A stretch of 63,023 nt of DNA, filler included, from Octopus bimaculoides (GCF_001194135.2; 7 parts of 7 records of this genome joined end to end with filler, not necessarily neighbours in it); one strand, 5' to 3'. Shown: positions 1 to 12,146, counted from the whole stretch's first letter. The notes: generated by a model from the letters alone, not told the origin. A program made the numbers and translations.

Positions 1-812
1 GTGCATTATTATTTTATTCAGTTAGTTTTACATCTTTAAACTTTTATCGACTTCAAAGTAATCTCCATTTGAGGCAATGCATCGGTCCAAAAGCGTCTTC
101 TACTGTTCGAAGCAGTTCTAGAACTCTTGCGAAGTGATGCTTTTAACACCGTCGTTTTTTTCTTCACCTCTTTCACATCTGCAAGTACTTTTTTCATTCA
201 GGTGAACAAAAAAAAAGTTGCAGGGACCAATATCGAGTGAATAGGAAGGGTGGGTCATGCCATTTTTGGTCAAAACTGTTTCACTTTCAAGACGGTGTGC
301 GAAGGTTCATTGTTGTGATGAAACCACCACTCTCCACTTTGCTACTGGTCGGAGTGTTTTCGTCTCGCTTCAGAACTGTCAAGTAAAATGTGTGGTCAAC
401 AGTTTGACCAGGAGGAACAAATATTGTGTGGATAATTCTTTTCGCATCAAACCAGCATCATCTTGACATTGGACTTCACTTGATATACTTTTGGTGGGCG
501 TGGTGACATTGACTGCTTCAATTGACTTGATTGTTGCTTCGTTTTCGGGTATTAGCCGTAGCACCAGCTTTCGTCACCAGTGATGACCTTCGAAAAAAGG
601 CTCGGATCAATTTCCAACCATTCTTTCAGTTCACGACAAGCATTCAGTCGTGACTTCTTTTGATTTTCTGTGAGCAAGTGAGGCACAAATTTTGCTGCAA
701 CTCTTCTCATTCGCAATTTCTCGCTCAGAATTCGTTGGGAGGAGCTCCAGGACACACCAGTCATACCAACGAGTTCGTCAATTGTTCGGTGACGGTCCTC
801 CAAGGTCCGAAG
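1..812 (-). mobile_element. mariner (DD34D) transposase remnant, frameshifted, 5' part interrupted
   Basis: ORF 552..908 gives RMRRVAAKFVPHLLT (WVPHxL motif) and VITGDESW (first catalytic D). The minus strand near 60-110 gives the CIASNGDYFE-type mariner C-terminus. Confidence 0.9.
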
Positions 813-1878
813 CTGGATATTATATTGGCTGCAGATGCGAGTAATTATGGTGTAGGAGCAGTGCTTCTGCACAAATATAACAATGGGATCAAAAAGACTA
901 TAGCTCATGCGACACGATCGTTATTACCAGCAGAAGGGAAATAGAAAATGAAGCGTTAGAAATCATATTCGATGTGAAAAAATTCCATTGATTTATTCAT
1001 GGAAGACGTTTCTGTCTATAAATGGATCATCGCCCACTACTGTCAATATACGGTTCTAAAAAAGAAATACCAACACACACAGTGAATAGACTACAGCGAT
1101 GGGAGCACTACGTTATTGAATTATGATTACAAAATGGAATATTTACCGTAAAAAAAAAAATTGGGCATGCGGATGGTTTGTCCCGACTGACACCGAAACA
1201 CTGCAAGCCATTCGAAGATACGGTAGTCGCAGCATTAAGATTAGAAGGAAAAATAAAAAAATGTAATGTGGAATGTAGTACGCGAATTAGCGCTGACCCT
1301 TGAAGACATAAAACGAAGTGCAGAAAACGACAAATTCATAGCAGAAATGAAAAGAATACTGTGGACAGAAAAAATAATTAGGATTGGTGCGAAACGAAAT
1401 AAAGACGTGAACCTATACTCAGTTTGTGATAGCGTACTGATGTAGTGATACCTAAAACACTGCAAAAGAAAATGTTGAAGGAATTCCATTTTGGACATCC
1501 TGGTATTTCGAGGATGAAAGCTTTAATGCGTAGCTACATGTACTAGTCAGAAATTGATAGAGAAATAAAAAAATTAGGGAAGGGCTGCAAAGGATGTGCT
1601 CTAGCGGCAAAATTACCGACAATAAAAAGTGAAACTTGGCCAAAAGTAGATGTTCCCTGGTCGAGACTACACATCGATTTCGCTGATCCCTTAAACGGTT
1701 CATACTACTTAGTGGTATCAGTTTCTCTAAATGGCCAGAAATTTGTAAGTGTAAAGAGCCAACATACGTCAAACTTCCTACATGAGCTGTTTGCGAGATT
1801 TGGCGTCCCAGACACGATAGCGCTTGACAATGGAACGCAATTTGTGTCTTTTGAGTTTTAAAAGTTTTGTAAAACGTT
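805..1878 (+). mobile_element. Ty3/Gypsy pol fragment (RNase H to integrase), degenerate
   Basis: IILAADASNYGVGAVL (RNase H), DHRPLLSIYGSKK, GHADGLSRL, HFGHPGISRMKALMRSY (integrase Zn finger), PWSRLHIDFA and GVPDTIALDNGTQF (integrase core); multiple stops and frameshifts. Confidence 0.9.
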
Positions 1879-2645
1879 CTTTGTTTCTTTGTACTTCCTT
1901 TTCTCTAAACATTCCCATCTTGTCTGTGATGACATAAGCAAGGAATTTAACTTAGTGGTATCCTTAATTGGAATTCTCATGACGACTTCATTTGGTTTCC
2001 TCAGTTCTGATCTTAGCTTTGCTCTGTCACATGATTTCAATGATATTAAGCTTTTCCTTTCCTCAAGTAAAGGAAAAGTTTAATTTCCGAATTCTGTGGC
2101 GGAGAGTAGCTAGTTCTGGACTAATTTCTTCCGGTAGCTCTCTAGTTTGAGGTACACTAATATCTTCTATATATTGTAGATTCCCTCTCTCCATGTCACA
2201 GATTTGTAGATTCCTGTTTTCTATGGGTATTTCTTCTGGACTAGTAGTTCCTTTCTCACTTCCATTATGATATTCTTTTGCTACGTCTTCTCTAAGCCAC
2301 ATTTTGATATTAGTTCGTCTAATCTGATCGGCCAATCTTTGTTCACTCACATCCTTCAGCTCTTCATATGCATAATATTTTTTCAGAGCTCTAGTACCCT
2401 TTTCTTATAGCTTCTTTTCTCAGGCTCACTCCTAATATAACATTCAAACAACAATTTGTTCTTCTTTGTCCATTTTAATCTCCTTCGCTACTATGGGTCA
2501 GTGATAGCTTGATTACTACCGGACCTGCGCTTCTGTTCCCCAGGACAACTACCGGACGTAACACCTTCGCTAAAAAACCCATTCATCCTCGTTGATGCCG
2601 TTAGGATTACTTTTCCTTATTAACATTTCTCTCATAACTGAGGTA
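1879..2645 (-). mobile_element. 5' fragment of an R4/Dong-like non-LTR retrotransposon
   Basis: ORF 2063..2350 has SEQRLADQIRR, matching the QRLxDQxRxI N-terminal motif also seen in the element at 6350-9284. Confidence 0.65.
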
Positions 2646-2694
2646 TGTATTTTGAGGTTACCACCAACTAGTATATATATCGTGTTACTATCAT

Positions 2695-2870
2695 TAGGCA
2701 GGTTGTCAGCCTAGACTTCTGGGAGGCTTCAAATTCCACCGAGGTCGACTTTGCCTTTCATCCTTTCGAGGTCGATAGTATAAGTCTTAGTCGAGCACTG
2801 GGGTCGATGTAATCGACTTACGAACTCCTCCGAAATTATTGGCCTTGTTTCAAAATTTGAAACTATTATT
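2695..2870 (+). mobile_element. SINE family B (tRNA-like head, Meta/Sauria-like core)
   Basis: TTCAAATTCCACCGAGGTCGACTTTGCCTTTCATCCTTTCGAGGTCGAT core, repeated about 10 times in the window. Confidence 0.75.
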
Positions 2871-2875
2871 ATTAT

Positions 2876-3330
2876 TGAGTGTAAGAGTAACACATGCCAT
2901 CAAAGTGACACTAGGGTGCAATATACGAATACAGTATACCCATCATGACTACCCGTCTGTTAAGGGTACACTAGGCGCATAAGCACAACCATATGTGCGT
3001 AACATGACGATGTAATGTCGAGATAAACAGCGCATGAACTTTCATTGGAGCCCAGTTAGAATTTTCTTCAAGTCGAGTAGCCCATCCCGCTCAAAAGGTG
3101 CCTAAATAAGGGTTGAACGAAATATCCATGTTTCCAGAAGTGAGTTATTCAAACCCCAAATAATTCCTCTCAACACATGGCTATGAAGCACCCCACCCCA
3201 CTACTTCTGCTCATGCTCAGAAATTCACATATTGTCAGCCACCAAGGGACGTGCTCAACTGATAAGCAAATCTGTAGTATTGAGTAGAATATTTGCTGTA
3301 GCCTATCTTTTGTACCGAGACAAAACATGT
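2876..3330. repeat. unclassified interspersed repeat
   Basis: 3140-3330 is clearly similar to 25743-25970 (TTATTCAAACCCCAAA...CAACACATGG...AAGCAAATCTG...AGAATATTT). Confidence 0.6.
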
Positions 3331-3376
3331 ACATGATAACACTTCTAATTAGTTAAGATACGAAACCATCAGGGCA

Positions 3377-3377
<1 letters not shown>

Positions 3378-3430
<53 letters not shown>

Positions 3431-3440
3431 CATTATTATT
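3378..3440. repeat. (TTA)n microsatellite; (TAA)n tail or target of the adjacent R4-like LINE
   Basis: Direct sequence; abuts the LINE 3' end. Confidence 0.9.
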
Positions 3441-4995
3441 CATATACACACAACAGATTAAACTGTTGGAAAAGAAAAGAATCCTAACATCGGGCTACAA
3501 CAAGTAACCTTAGATGCCAAGAACCCTTCTAAGTATCTTAGCTATCCCTATCAACACTGTTTTCTGGAGCTGTACTAAACTATGTTTTATGCCTATTTCC
3601 TCTATCCATCAGTTCAAATCTTTGGGGATAGTGCCTAATGCACCTATAACTACTGGAGCATGTTTTACCTGCATTTTCCATGGTCTCTGTAATTCAATGG
3701 CTAGGTCCCGGTACTTTGCTATTTTTTCTATATCTCTCATATTGATTTTTTAAAATCATTTGGGACTGTAAAGTCAATTATTTGGCACCTTCTATTTATC
3801 TACTACCACTAAATCGGGCCTTCTAGATTCTATTACTCTGTCAGTTTGAATGTTAAAGTCCCGCAACATCTTATAATTATTACTTTCTAGTATTTTACTA
3901 GGTTCATGTTCATACCATTTATCAGTATGTTCAAATTCTAGCTTTCTACATAGCTCCCAGTGGATTATTCTCCCTAGTTTATCATGTCATTCCTTGTATT
4001 CTTTCTGTGCCAACATGCTACATTCACTTACTATATGAGTAACACTTTCCTCTTTTGATTTGCATAACCTATATTGGGAATCTACTTGGTTTTTGTCAAT
4101 CTTGGCTTTTATCCAATTAGTCCTTAATGCTTGATCTTGTACTGACACTAACAATTTTTCTGTCTCCCTTTTCAGCCTTCCTTACTACAACCACAACAAT
4201 GTCTCACTACTATTTACTGCAACCATCTTTGGGAATCTGCCATGCAAATCCTTCTTCTGCCAGTCACATAACTTTTGTTCTTTTTTCTGGTTTTTAACTT
4301 CGTTTGGTGCTTTGGTTTCCCTATGTCCTGCTGTGACTCTAGCAGCTTTTAATAAACTTTCTTCTCTATTACCCACATAGGAGTCTATATCTACTCTAGC
4401 TAACTCCAGGCAGTCTTCTACTGATATTAGCCCCTTTCCACCTTCCTTTCTAGGTAAGTATAATCTTGCTACTCCTGCTGTTGGGTGGAATCCTCCATTC
4501 ATATTGAATTACTTCCTAGTTCTTCTGTCTAGCTTTGCTAATTCAGTTTTTGTCCAATCTACAAAATCTGCTGAGTATCAAAATAATGATACTGCCCAAG
4601 TATTTACATCCTTCACTAGATTCGCACCATTTACCTTTGACTTCATTAGCTTCCTCACCCGTCTGATGTACTCCTTCTCCATTTTCGTTTTCATTTCTAT
4701 AGTTAATACTCTGTTAGATTCTAATACTTCCAGATACTTATAACTCTCTCCTCCTTTCAATGATCTTAATGTCTGGTCATCTGGTAATTGGATGCCTTCA
4801 CTGTTAACTACCTTTCCCTTTCTCATGACTAATATTGCACATTTATCTATGTCAAATTCCGTACCTATATATTTGCTGAAGAGTCTTACAGTCTGCATTA
4901 ATGAATCTATCTCTTTTTCATTCTTACTAAAAAGCTTCAAATCATCCATGTAGAGCAAATGGTTAATTTTCCCCTTACTATTTCTAAACGATACC
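3441..4995 (-). mobile_element. R4/Dong-like REL LINE, 5'-truncated (RT C-terminus, CCHC, REL endonuclease)
   Basis: HLLYMDDLKLF (RT), RLYLPRKEGGKGL, CRLCKSKEESVTHIVSEC (CCHC), RRPDLVV (REL), QKTVLIGIAKILRRVL C-terminus; in-frame stops. Confidence 0.88.
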
Positions 4996-5014
4996 CTGCT
5001 TTTGCCTTCCTATT

Positions 5015-5020
5015 ATCATT

Positions 5021-5069
<49 letters not shown>

Positions 5070-5092
5070 ATGTTGATGTTGTTGTTGTTGTT
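5015..5092. repeat. (TTG)n/(ATG) microsatellite, tail of the next R4-like LINE
   Basis: Direct sequence, lying between two minus-strand LINE copies. Confidence 0.85.
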
Positions 5093-6335
5093 ATGAAAGC
5101 CTCTAGGATAGTTCTTAATTACCGGTTATTATTTACTTGAAAGAAAGCAATAACAAATCACCAGCCGTTTCAAGTAGCGCATTCTCCTGTGACCCAAAGA
5201 GACAATATTCTTTTTAGAATGCGAGCTGCACCCAACAACGCTGTCTTCTGGATCACCTCGAGCCTGACAGCAGCTCAAATATTCTTTATATGGTTTCCAA
5301 AGCCCTTGGAAATTGCTCCTAATGCTCCAATTACCACCGGTGTCACCATTACTTTCCTCATGCCCCATAACTTTCCTATCTCGTCCTGCATTGGATGGCA
5401 TTTCATCCTACAGGTTCTATTCCAATCAATCTCTTTATTCTTTAAGAACTGACAGTGCATTTTCTTGTCCTCCCAAATTTTCTTCATCTGCTCTCTCTGG
5501 TCTTTCTTAAATTGTGTTGGATTTACGGCTTCGTTCACTTTTAAGGTTCCCTGCATTTTCACTGCTTCAATCATTTCTTCTTTAATCTCCTTGACATACC
5601 AAGCTAGGCTATTCTCCTGTTCCCTTACACAACCTTCACAACACACTAATCCCCGTCCCCCTTCCCTCCTCTTTACATACAATCTTGACACATCGCTCTT
5701 GGCCTGTAGTTCCTTGTTCATTGTTATTAATTTACGGGTTTTCCGGTCTCTCGCTTGTAATTCATGCATCTTCCAAGATACTATTCCTGCCCCATATCTC
5801 ATCAAAGCACCCGCCCACGTGTTAATCGCTCTAACCTTATAGCGGCCATTTAGCTTCGATTGGAGCACAAGCCAAGTTCTCCTCAAATACACTTTCTTGT
5901 AGATTTCTTTCATCTTATGTTCATTCATCTTATCTCTTTCAATGATACCTAGATACTCATATCCTTCCTCTCCGACTTCCTTTATAGTTTCACCACTTTC
6001 CAGCTTGATCCCATGGCTTTTATTGATTTATCCTCTTTTGAGAATCATTACACCACATGATTCGATTCCAAATTCCATGCTAATATCTTTGCTAATCATC
6101 TGCACAGTTGCCATGAAACTCTCAATTTCTTTCTCAGTCTTAACGAATAGCTTTAGGTCATCCATAAACCACAGCTTGTTTAATTTCACCCTGCCTAGCA
6201 CCTACCCCACACGCATCTTTCTTAAAACGCTCTTTAGTGGCAGTATGCAGACAACAAATAGGAGAGGCAACAGACTGTCCTCTTGAAAAAATTCCTCTTT
6301 TGATATTTACCTCTCCCAGCTACGGTGTCAGCTGT
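5093..6335 (-). mobile_element. R4/Dong-like REL LINE, 5'-truncated, CCHC/REL core deleted
   Basis: ORF 5275..5928: RAINTWAGALMRYGAGIV, RLYVKRREGGRGL, then a jump to TPVVIGALGAISKG; QKTALLGAARILKRIL C-terminus. Confidence 0.85.
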
Positions 6336-6349
6336 TCAATACCAGTGAA

Positions 6350-9279
6350 CTAAGGTAACACTTCTTATTTATCGAGCACCTTCCGGAGTATTCGAGCGGT
6401 TCCAAGCAGTGCCATTTTCTGCAAATGCTCCACCCTTATTGCAGCCACTATTTGTTCCATGTACTTCTCAAGATTTTTACTCACTGTTCACAGGGCTCCG
6501 ACAATTATTGATACTACTGCTACCTTTTTCATCGACCACAACTGCTTAACTTCCCAAGCTAACCTGTCACACCTCTCGACTTTTCTTTCTTCCTTATCGC
6601 ATATCTTGTTGTCAGCTGGGCATGCTATGTCTATAATCCAGCATAGTTTACTTTCTTTCTCAATTAAGACTATGTCCGGCTTCCTATTCTCAATCTCATG
6701 GACGCACTGGATCCTAAAATCTCATAGGATCCTTGCATTTCAATTTTCGACAATACCTTCAGGTTTGTGGTCGTGTAAATGTTTTGCTCTGTCAAGTCCA
6801 TACTTGTTGCAAAGTGTCCAATGGACAAGCCTGGCTATATTGTCGTGGAGTCTCTTATATTCCTTCTGGGCTAATAGCATACAATGGCTTCTAATATACC
6901 ATACGGTTTCACCGTTTTGTCCATTTCCGATGTGTTGTCTATTCTGTATTTTATGTAGTTTGTTCTAAGTGCTTGCTCTTGGGCAGCACAGATTAGAGCC
7001 CCAGTTTCCGGTTTTAAATCACTTTTAGTCATCTACAGCTATCTTTTTTCTCTGTCTGTCTTATCTTCAACATCCCTATGAAATTGTCCATGCATTCTTT
7101 TCTTTACCCACCTATTTTCAGTTTCATTCGTTTTCAATTTCTTGTACAGTGCTTTATCTTTGAAATCTTTCATCCTACACAGGTCTGACCTTACTTCTAA
7201 TAATAGCGGTTCTGTGGCATTTTTTACATACCATGCAATGTTGTTTTCTTCTGCTCTAATGCTGTGTTCGTATCCAATAAGTCCTCTTTCCCCGTCTTCT
7301 TCCTGGTACATACAGCCTGTCTATGTCACTTTTGGTGCGGGTGTCCCATGTCTAGTTAGTAACCTCCTTGTCTTTCTGCCTTAGCTGTCTGTTTAGTTCG
7401 TCTACTGTCCATGCCATTATCCCTGCTCCATATCTAAGGAGTGAAACCACCCAAATACTTATAGCCCATGTCTTCTATTTGCTTCATAACTTCCCCCGAC
7501 GGTAACGCTGGCCCGTCCATACATTGCCTCTCTTCAAGACTAACACACCACACTTTTTTCAGTCCGAAATCCATTCTGATATCAGCACTGAAAGTACACA
7601 CCGTATCAACGGAGGAACTGACTTGGGCTTCATCTTTACCATAAAGTTTGAGGTCATCCATGATTAACAAATGGTTGACTTTTTGTTGGCGCCATTTGAA
7701 TACATACCCAGCTTTTGCTTTCCTCAGAATCAGTGTTAGTGGTATCAAGCACAGTACAAAGATCAGTGGGGACAGGCAATCTCCTTGGAAGATACCCATC
7801 CTGATTTCCACTGTCCCTAAACTTATTCCGTATGCTGTCAGGTCCGTCCTCCAATTCATCAAGCCTTTTCTAAGCAATCGCTCAACATTCGATGCATTAC
7901 CAAATAGGTTCATACATTCCATTATCCAAGAGTGTGGGATCCATCTGGTCTCTGGGCCTTCCAGTTGCTCATTTGTTTTCCTTCACTTCCCTAACTGAAA
8001 TGATTAGTTATGCCTGTTTGGGGCAGACTACTGTTTCTTTCAGTTCTTCTTGTGCTCCTTGTCTTTGCTCCGGATGTCACTCTAAAACCTTTGAATTGCA
8101 TTGTTATCTGGTATCAACTTTTCTTCTGTACAGTCTAAATTTATTTCTTTATAGAGTCTCTTCTGATCTACTCTGAATAACCTATTCTGATGGCATTCCT
8201 TCATTCTCTGGTCGTATCTTACTATCTTTGCTTTCTTTGCAACGAGGCATGTTTCAGTTCCTCCATTACCACTTTCAGGCCCTTTCTTTCTATATCATAT
8301 TTCCTGTTCAGTGCCCTGTATTTTTGTTTGCTTTTAAGCTCCCCTTTCTCTTTTCGGTCTAATACAGAAATGTCTTTCGCGAGTATATCTAACCCCACCC
8401 GTATTCTTCTTTTCCAACATGAATCTTTTCTTTGTCCCTCCCATTATATTTCTTTTTCTTGACATCAGCACCCACGTTTTCTGCTACAACAATAATTGCT
8501 GCCTTGATCAAATTGTTTGTTTCTGTGATGTTGTTTGTTCTGATGTATTTCAGAATTTCATTCATTTTTTCGTTTCTTGGCTCAATTTTAAGGTTGCAAA
8601 TAATGTCGCTATCGTTCTCCTGTAGCGTTGCCTTTATTGTCGTAAATTGCCTTTTGTTCATCTGTCATGTCGCCATTAGGTTTATTATCTTCTTTTAGAT
8701 CATCTATATGTCTCTCATCAAGTAAACTACCACTATTCCTTTACTGTGCTATGAGATTATTTCTATTAGTAAGAACTGCATTTTCATCGTTATCTCTGCT
8801 GCTATTTTCGAATATCCGTCTTTTGATAGTTTTGAGCTCTACTTCTGTGAACCAACGATTTCTTCTTATTGCTCTAGCTTGATCACATAGTCTCTGTTCC
8901 GTGAGTAGAAACAATCCCTTTACCCTCCAATAATCATACATACGTTGTCGGTAACCCCCAATTTGAGCACCATTTTCATCTACTGGGTTGCTCAGGTAGT
9001 AACACTCTATGATCACAGCATTAATTTGCTTGTTCCATCTACGCCTTGTCTGCTGGTCCCTTACTGAATAACGATAGGCTGGAGCCGGACCAGAATCTCT
9101 GAGCCTGCTCGGTGTAATACTGTCACCATCAATGGCTTCAATTTCATTACCACCATTGTTCGCAATATTTTGTTTTTGTATTGTCACGCATATGAGATAG
9201 AGATTATCAGGTTGCGCAATAACCAGTGTTTTTATTGTGATACCATCACTAGATGTATCATTAAATAGGACATGGAGAG

Positions 9280-9284
<5 letters not shown>
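6350..9284 (-). mobile_element. near-full-span R4/Dong-like REL LINE with internal deletions
   Basis: N-terminal QRLCDQARAIRRNRW (ORF 8741..9394), RT GIFQGDCLSPL and HLLIMDDLKLYG (ORF 7434..7922), C-terminal LQKMALLGTARILRKVL. Confidence 0.88.
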
Positions 9285-9337
<53 letters not shown>

Positions 9338-9394
9338 CATCATCCTCATCATCCTCATCATCCTCATCATCCTCATCATCATCATCATCATCAC

Positions 9395-9470
<76 letters not shown>
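9285..9470. repeat. compound (CAT)n/(TAT)n microsatellite at the 5' end of the R4-like LINE
   Basis: Direct sequence. Confidence 0.95.
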
Positions 9471-9473
<3 letters not shown>

Positions 9474-9566
9474 TAGTTTTATTTTTATAACGTGCTTTCA
9501 CTTCACTACCGAGCGCAGCTCTNNNNNNNNNNNNNNNNNNNNNNNNNNNNNNNNNNNNNNNNNNNN

Positions 9567-9578
9567 TTAATTAATTAA
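9567..9578. other. assembly spacer TTAATTAATTAA inside an N-run (also at about 17922, 25028, 46019, 51121, 58226)
   Basis: The identical 12-mer is embedded between N-runs six times; technical, not biological. Confidence 0.9.
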
Positions 9579-9651
9579 NNNNNNNNNNNNNNNNNNNNNN
9601 NNNNNNNNNNNNNNNNNNNNNNATATATATATATATATATATATACATATA

Positions 9652-9811
9652 TACGACGGGCTTCTTTCAGTTTCCGTCTACCAAATCCACTCACAAGGCT
9701 TTGGTCGGCCCGAGGCTATAGTAGAAGACACTTGCACAAGGTGCCATGCAGTGGGACTGAACCCGGAACCATGTGGTTGGTAAGCAAGCTACTTACCACA
9801 CAGCCACTCCT
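9652..9811 (-). mobile_element. SINE family A (tRNA-derived head GGAGTGGCTGTGTGGTAAG)
   Basis: A-box-like TGGCTGTGTGG and B-box GGTTCAGTCCC on the minus strand; many copies in the window. Confidence 0.8.
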
Positions 9812-9842
9812 ATAAATATTTCAGATACATGTATATATATTT

Positions 9843-10114
9843 CAGTCTGTGGTGAATAAATTGTCGTTTAAATAACTCAAAAATGAAACACTGACGTTCC
9901 ATTTTAGCAGATATATTTATCAAAATTACATTAAAATATCTTGAAATACTAAAGAGTAAATTTATTCAAGAAAATCGTCATTGGCTTCAAACACGGCCTC
10001 CTGACGGCTTCAGAATCTTCTAGACCGTCTCCTTGTTTAAGTTGTTGAATTCTGTTACAATCCTTGCCTTGTGTTCATTTTTAGTGTGAGAAGGAATTTG
10101 TTGGTCTCTCGCTC
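9843..10114 (-). mobile_element. 3' terminal fragment of a Tc1/mariner-type transposase
   Basis: Minus strand reads ERETNKF...KARIVTEFNNLNKETV, similar to Tc1-like C-termini, followed by a TIR-like end at about 9843. Confidence 0.55.
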
Positions 10115-10127
10115 AGCCTAGTCTGCA

Positions 10128-10170
10128 TTCAGGGTCATGTTTCGGAGTCATTGCTCCTCATCAGCCTGAA
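10128..10170 (-). ncRNA. minimal type I hammerhead ribozyme, cleavage triplet mutated to GAC
   Basis: Minus strand: ttcagg CTGATGA ggag-caatga-ctcc GAAA c-at-g AC cctgaa. Stems I and II are intact; U16.1 is replaced by A. Confidence 0.75.
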
Positions 10171-10504
10171 GTAGCAAAACCAATTGGCTGAAGATGTCTG
10201 TCAACCTCTCACAAATATATATATATTTCTAGTGAAAACACATTCAATGATTACAAAAATTAGAAGTGATCTAATTCTAAATCTCACAGAGAGAATTAAG
10301 AAGCAGTGTTACAATAAAGCAGTTGTATACTGTCAACTTAATGTGACAGTCCCAATAAGGGAATCATACTGCTGCTTAATTCTCTCTGTGAGATTTATAA
10401 TTAGATCATTTCTAATTTTTGTAATCAGTGAATATGTGTTTTCACTAGAAATATATATATTTGCGAGAGGTTGATAGACATCTTCAGCCAGTTGGTTTTG
10501 CTAC

Positions 10505-10547
10505 TTCAGGCTGATGACGAGCAATGACTCCGAAACATGTCCCTGAA
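10505..10547 (+). ncRNA. minimal type I hammerhead ribozyme (GUC site), stem II base mismatch
   Basis: ttcagg CTGATGA cgag-caatga-ctcc GAAA c-at-g TC cctgaa. 6-bp stem I, palindromic ACATGT stem III, C10.1:C11.1 mismatch. Confidence 0.75.
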
Positions 10548-10925
10548 TGCAGACTAGGCTGGGTCGGGGAGTTTGTCTCCCCCTTACAAATATAAGGACA
10601 CAGTAAATGTGTCAAGGCCGAGAGGAAGCGGTTCAGCTTCCTNNNNNNNNNNNNNNNNNNNNNNNNNNNNNNNNNNNNNNNNNNNNNNNNNNNNNNNNNN
10701 NNNNNNNNNNNNNNNNNNNNNNNNNNNNNNNNNNNNNNNNNNNNNNNNNNNNNNNNNNNNNNNNNNNNNNNNNNNNNNNNNNNNNNNNNNNNNNNNNNNN
10801 NNNNNNNNNNNNNNNNNNNNNNNNNNNNNNNNNNNNNNNNNNNNNNNNNNNNNNNNNNNNNNNNNNNNNNNNNNNNNNNNNNNNNNNNNNNAGAGAGAGA
10901 GAGAGAGAGAGAGAGCACACATTCA

Positions 10926-12146
10926 CAGACATGACTGAAGTAAATAGACACACTTATACTCGTTTGAATGAATTTAAGTTTGAAATTATACAGACAAATT
11001 GATTATTAATTATTATAATGTGAATATCTAACATTTAGTAGACATGTCATTTGCAAGGATCCAATGGAGCATGCTACTGATCAGATGAAGAATATTCTCT
11101 TAACGAATTTCATACCATGTTTCATGCAGTAATCTCAATAATCTAGATTTGACGATGCTTTCTTGTTGTTTTTATAAAGTGTTCTGTCCATTATGTCCTA
11201 CAGGTATTTAATTGCTGTTATATCTGGTGATTTGTTTTGCCATGGAAGCTTTCTAATGCCATTCTCTTCCAACCAAATTTGGGTCTTTTTAGCTGTATGA
11301 CAAGGAGCTCCATCTTCCACAAATAGTTTTCTTAAATCATTTCATCATTGGAGAAGATTGGAAGGAGTCCTTTCTACAATATGGACACATATTTATCTGA
11401 ATTTATCTTTGATTCATACACCACTAGGTTTGATTGACCATTGCTGAAAATTGCTATCCAGACCATTACACAATAATCACCATGTTTTGTTGTTGGCTAC
11501 AACCTTTTCGCATCAATTTCTTGATCACAGTCTCCAGACCCACTCTCAACCACTCTCAGAAAATACAGCAAATCTAGACTCACCAGAGAATATGAGTGTC
11601 CAAAAATGATAATGAACTCGCAGTCATCTCACTGGCCCAATCTTTTCTCTGCTTCAGATTGGCTGGTCGAAGAAGTGGCTTCCTTCTTGCTGCTCTGCCA
11701 TAGTAAGTAACTAAGTTTGGGGGATACGTGATAGTTGTTCTGGGACTGACATCAACATGTTTTGTTATGCAAGAGGCCTTGCAACAAGTATCATCGTCCA
11801 CGCTTCTCTTAACAAAGTAGAGAGTCCTGTCAAAGGGCTCTGGTCGACTTGGGATAGGTGATGTTGACAACTTCCGGTCCCTGCTGAATTGCACAATCAC
11901 GCGATTAACTGTAGAATGAGGAATCCCAATGTTTTTTGTGATTTTAGGCTGACTAAATCCATCTTCAGACTGAACAACAACACGGCATCTATGGTATTTG
12001 GTGAGTTCAAAGGCTTCTCTTGTACGTGGCACGATTAAACACTTACATATAGAGCCTGGAACATAAAAATGTCAACTAAAAAAGAATTTTTCAATTTAAA
12101 TATAAAAGGATGGTTTATGGAAGTCTACTTACATTTGTCATGCCTG
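10926..12146 (-). mobile_element. Tc1-like DNA transposon, full span (~1.2 kb), degenerate
   Basis: ORF 11580..12032 (HTH; AARRKPLLRPANLKQRKDWA), then EDGAPCHTAK and SPD motifs. Imperfect ~25-bp TIRs CAG(A/G)CATGAC..A.GTAA.TAGAC at 10926 and 12146, the latter followed by TA. Confidence 0.85.

Larger units (their letters stand above)
10114..10561. repeat. fold-back element: 194-bp inverted arms (10114-10307 / 10368-10561) around a 60-bp spacer, hammerhead in each arm
   Basis: Arms align as near-perfect reverse complements by inspection; Penelope-LTR-like. Confidence 0.85.

Noticed and set aside
8741-9490. Poly-Met, poly-His/Tyr and poly-Ile ORFs
   Set aside because: Translations of the (CAT)n/(TAT)n microsatellite; only the part below 9284 is LINE coding.
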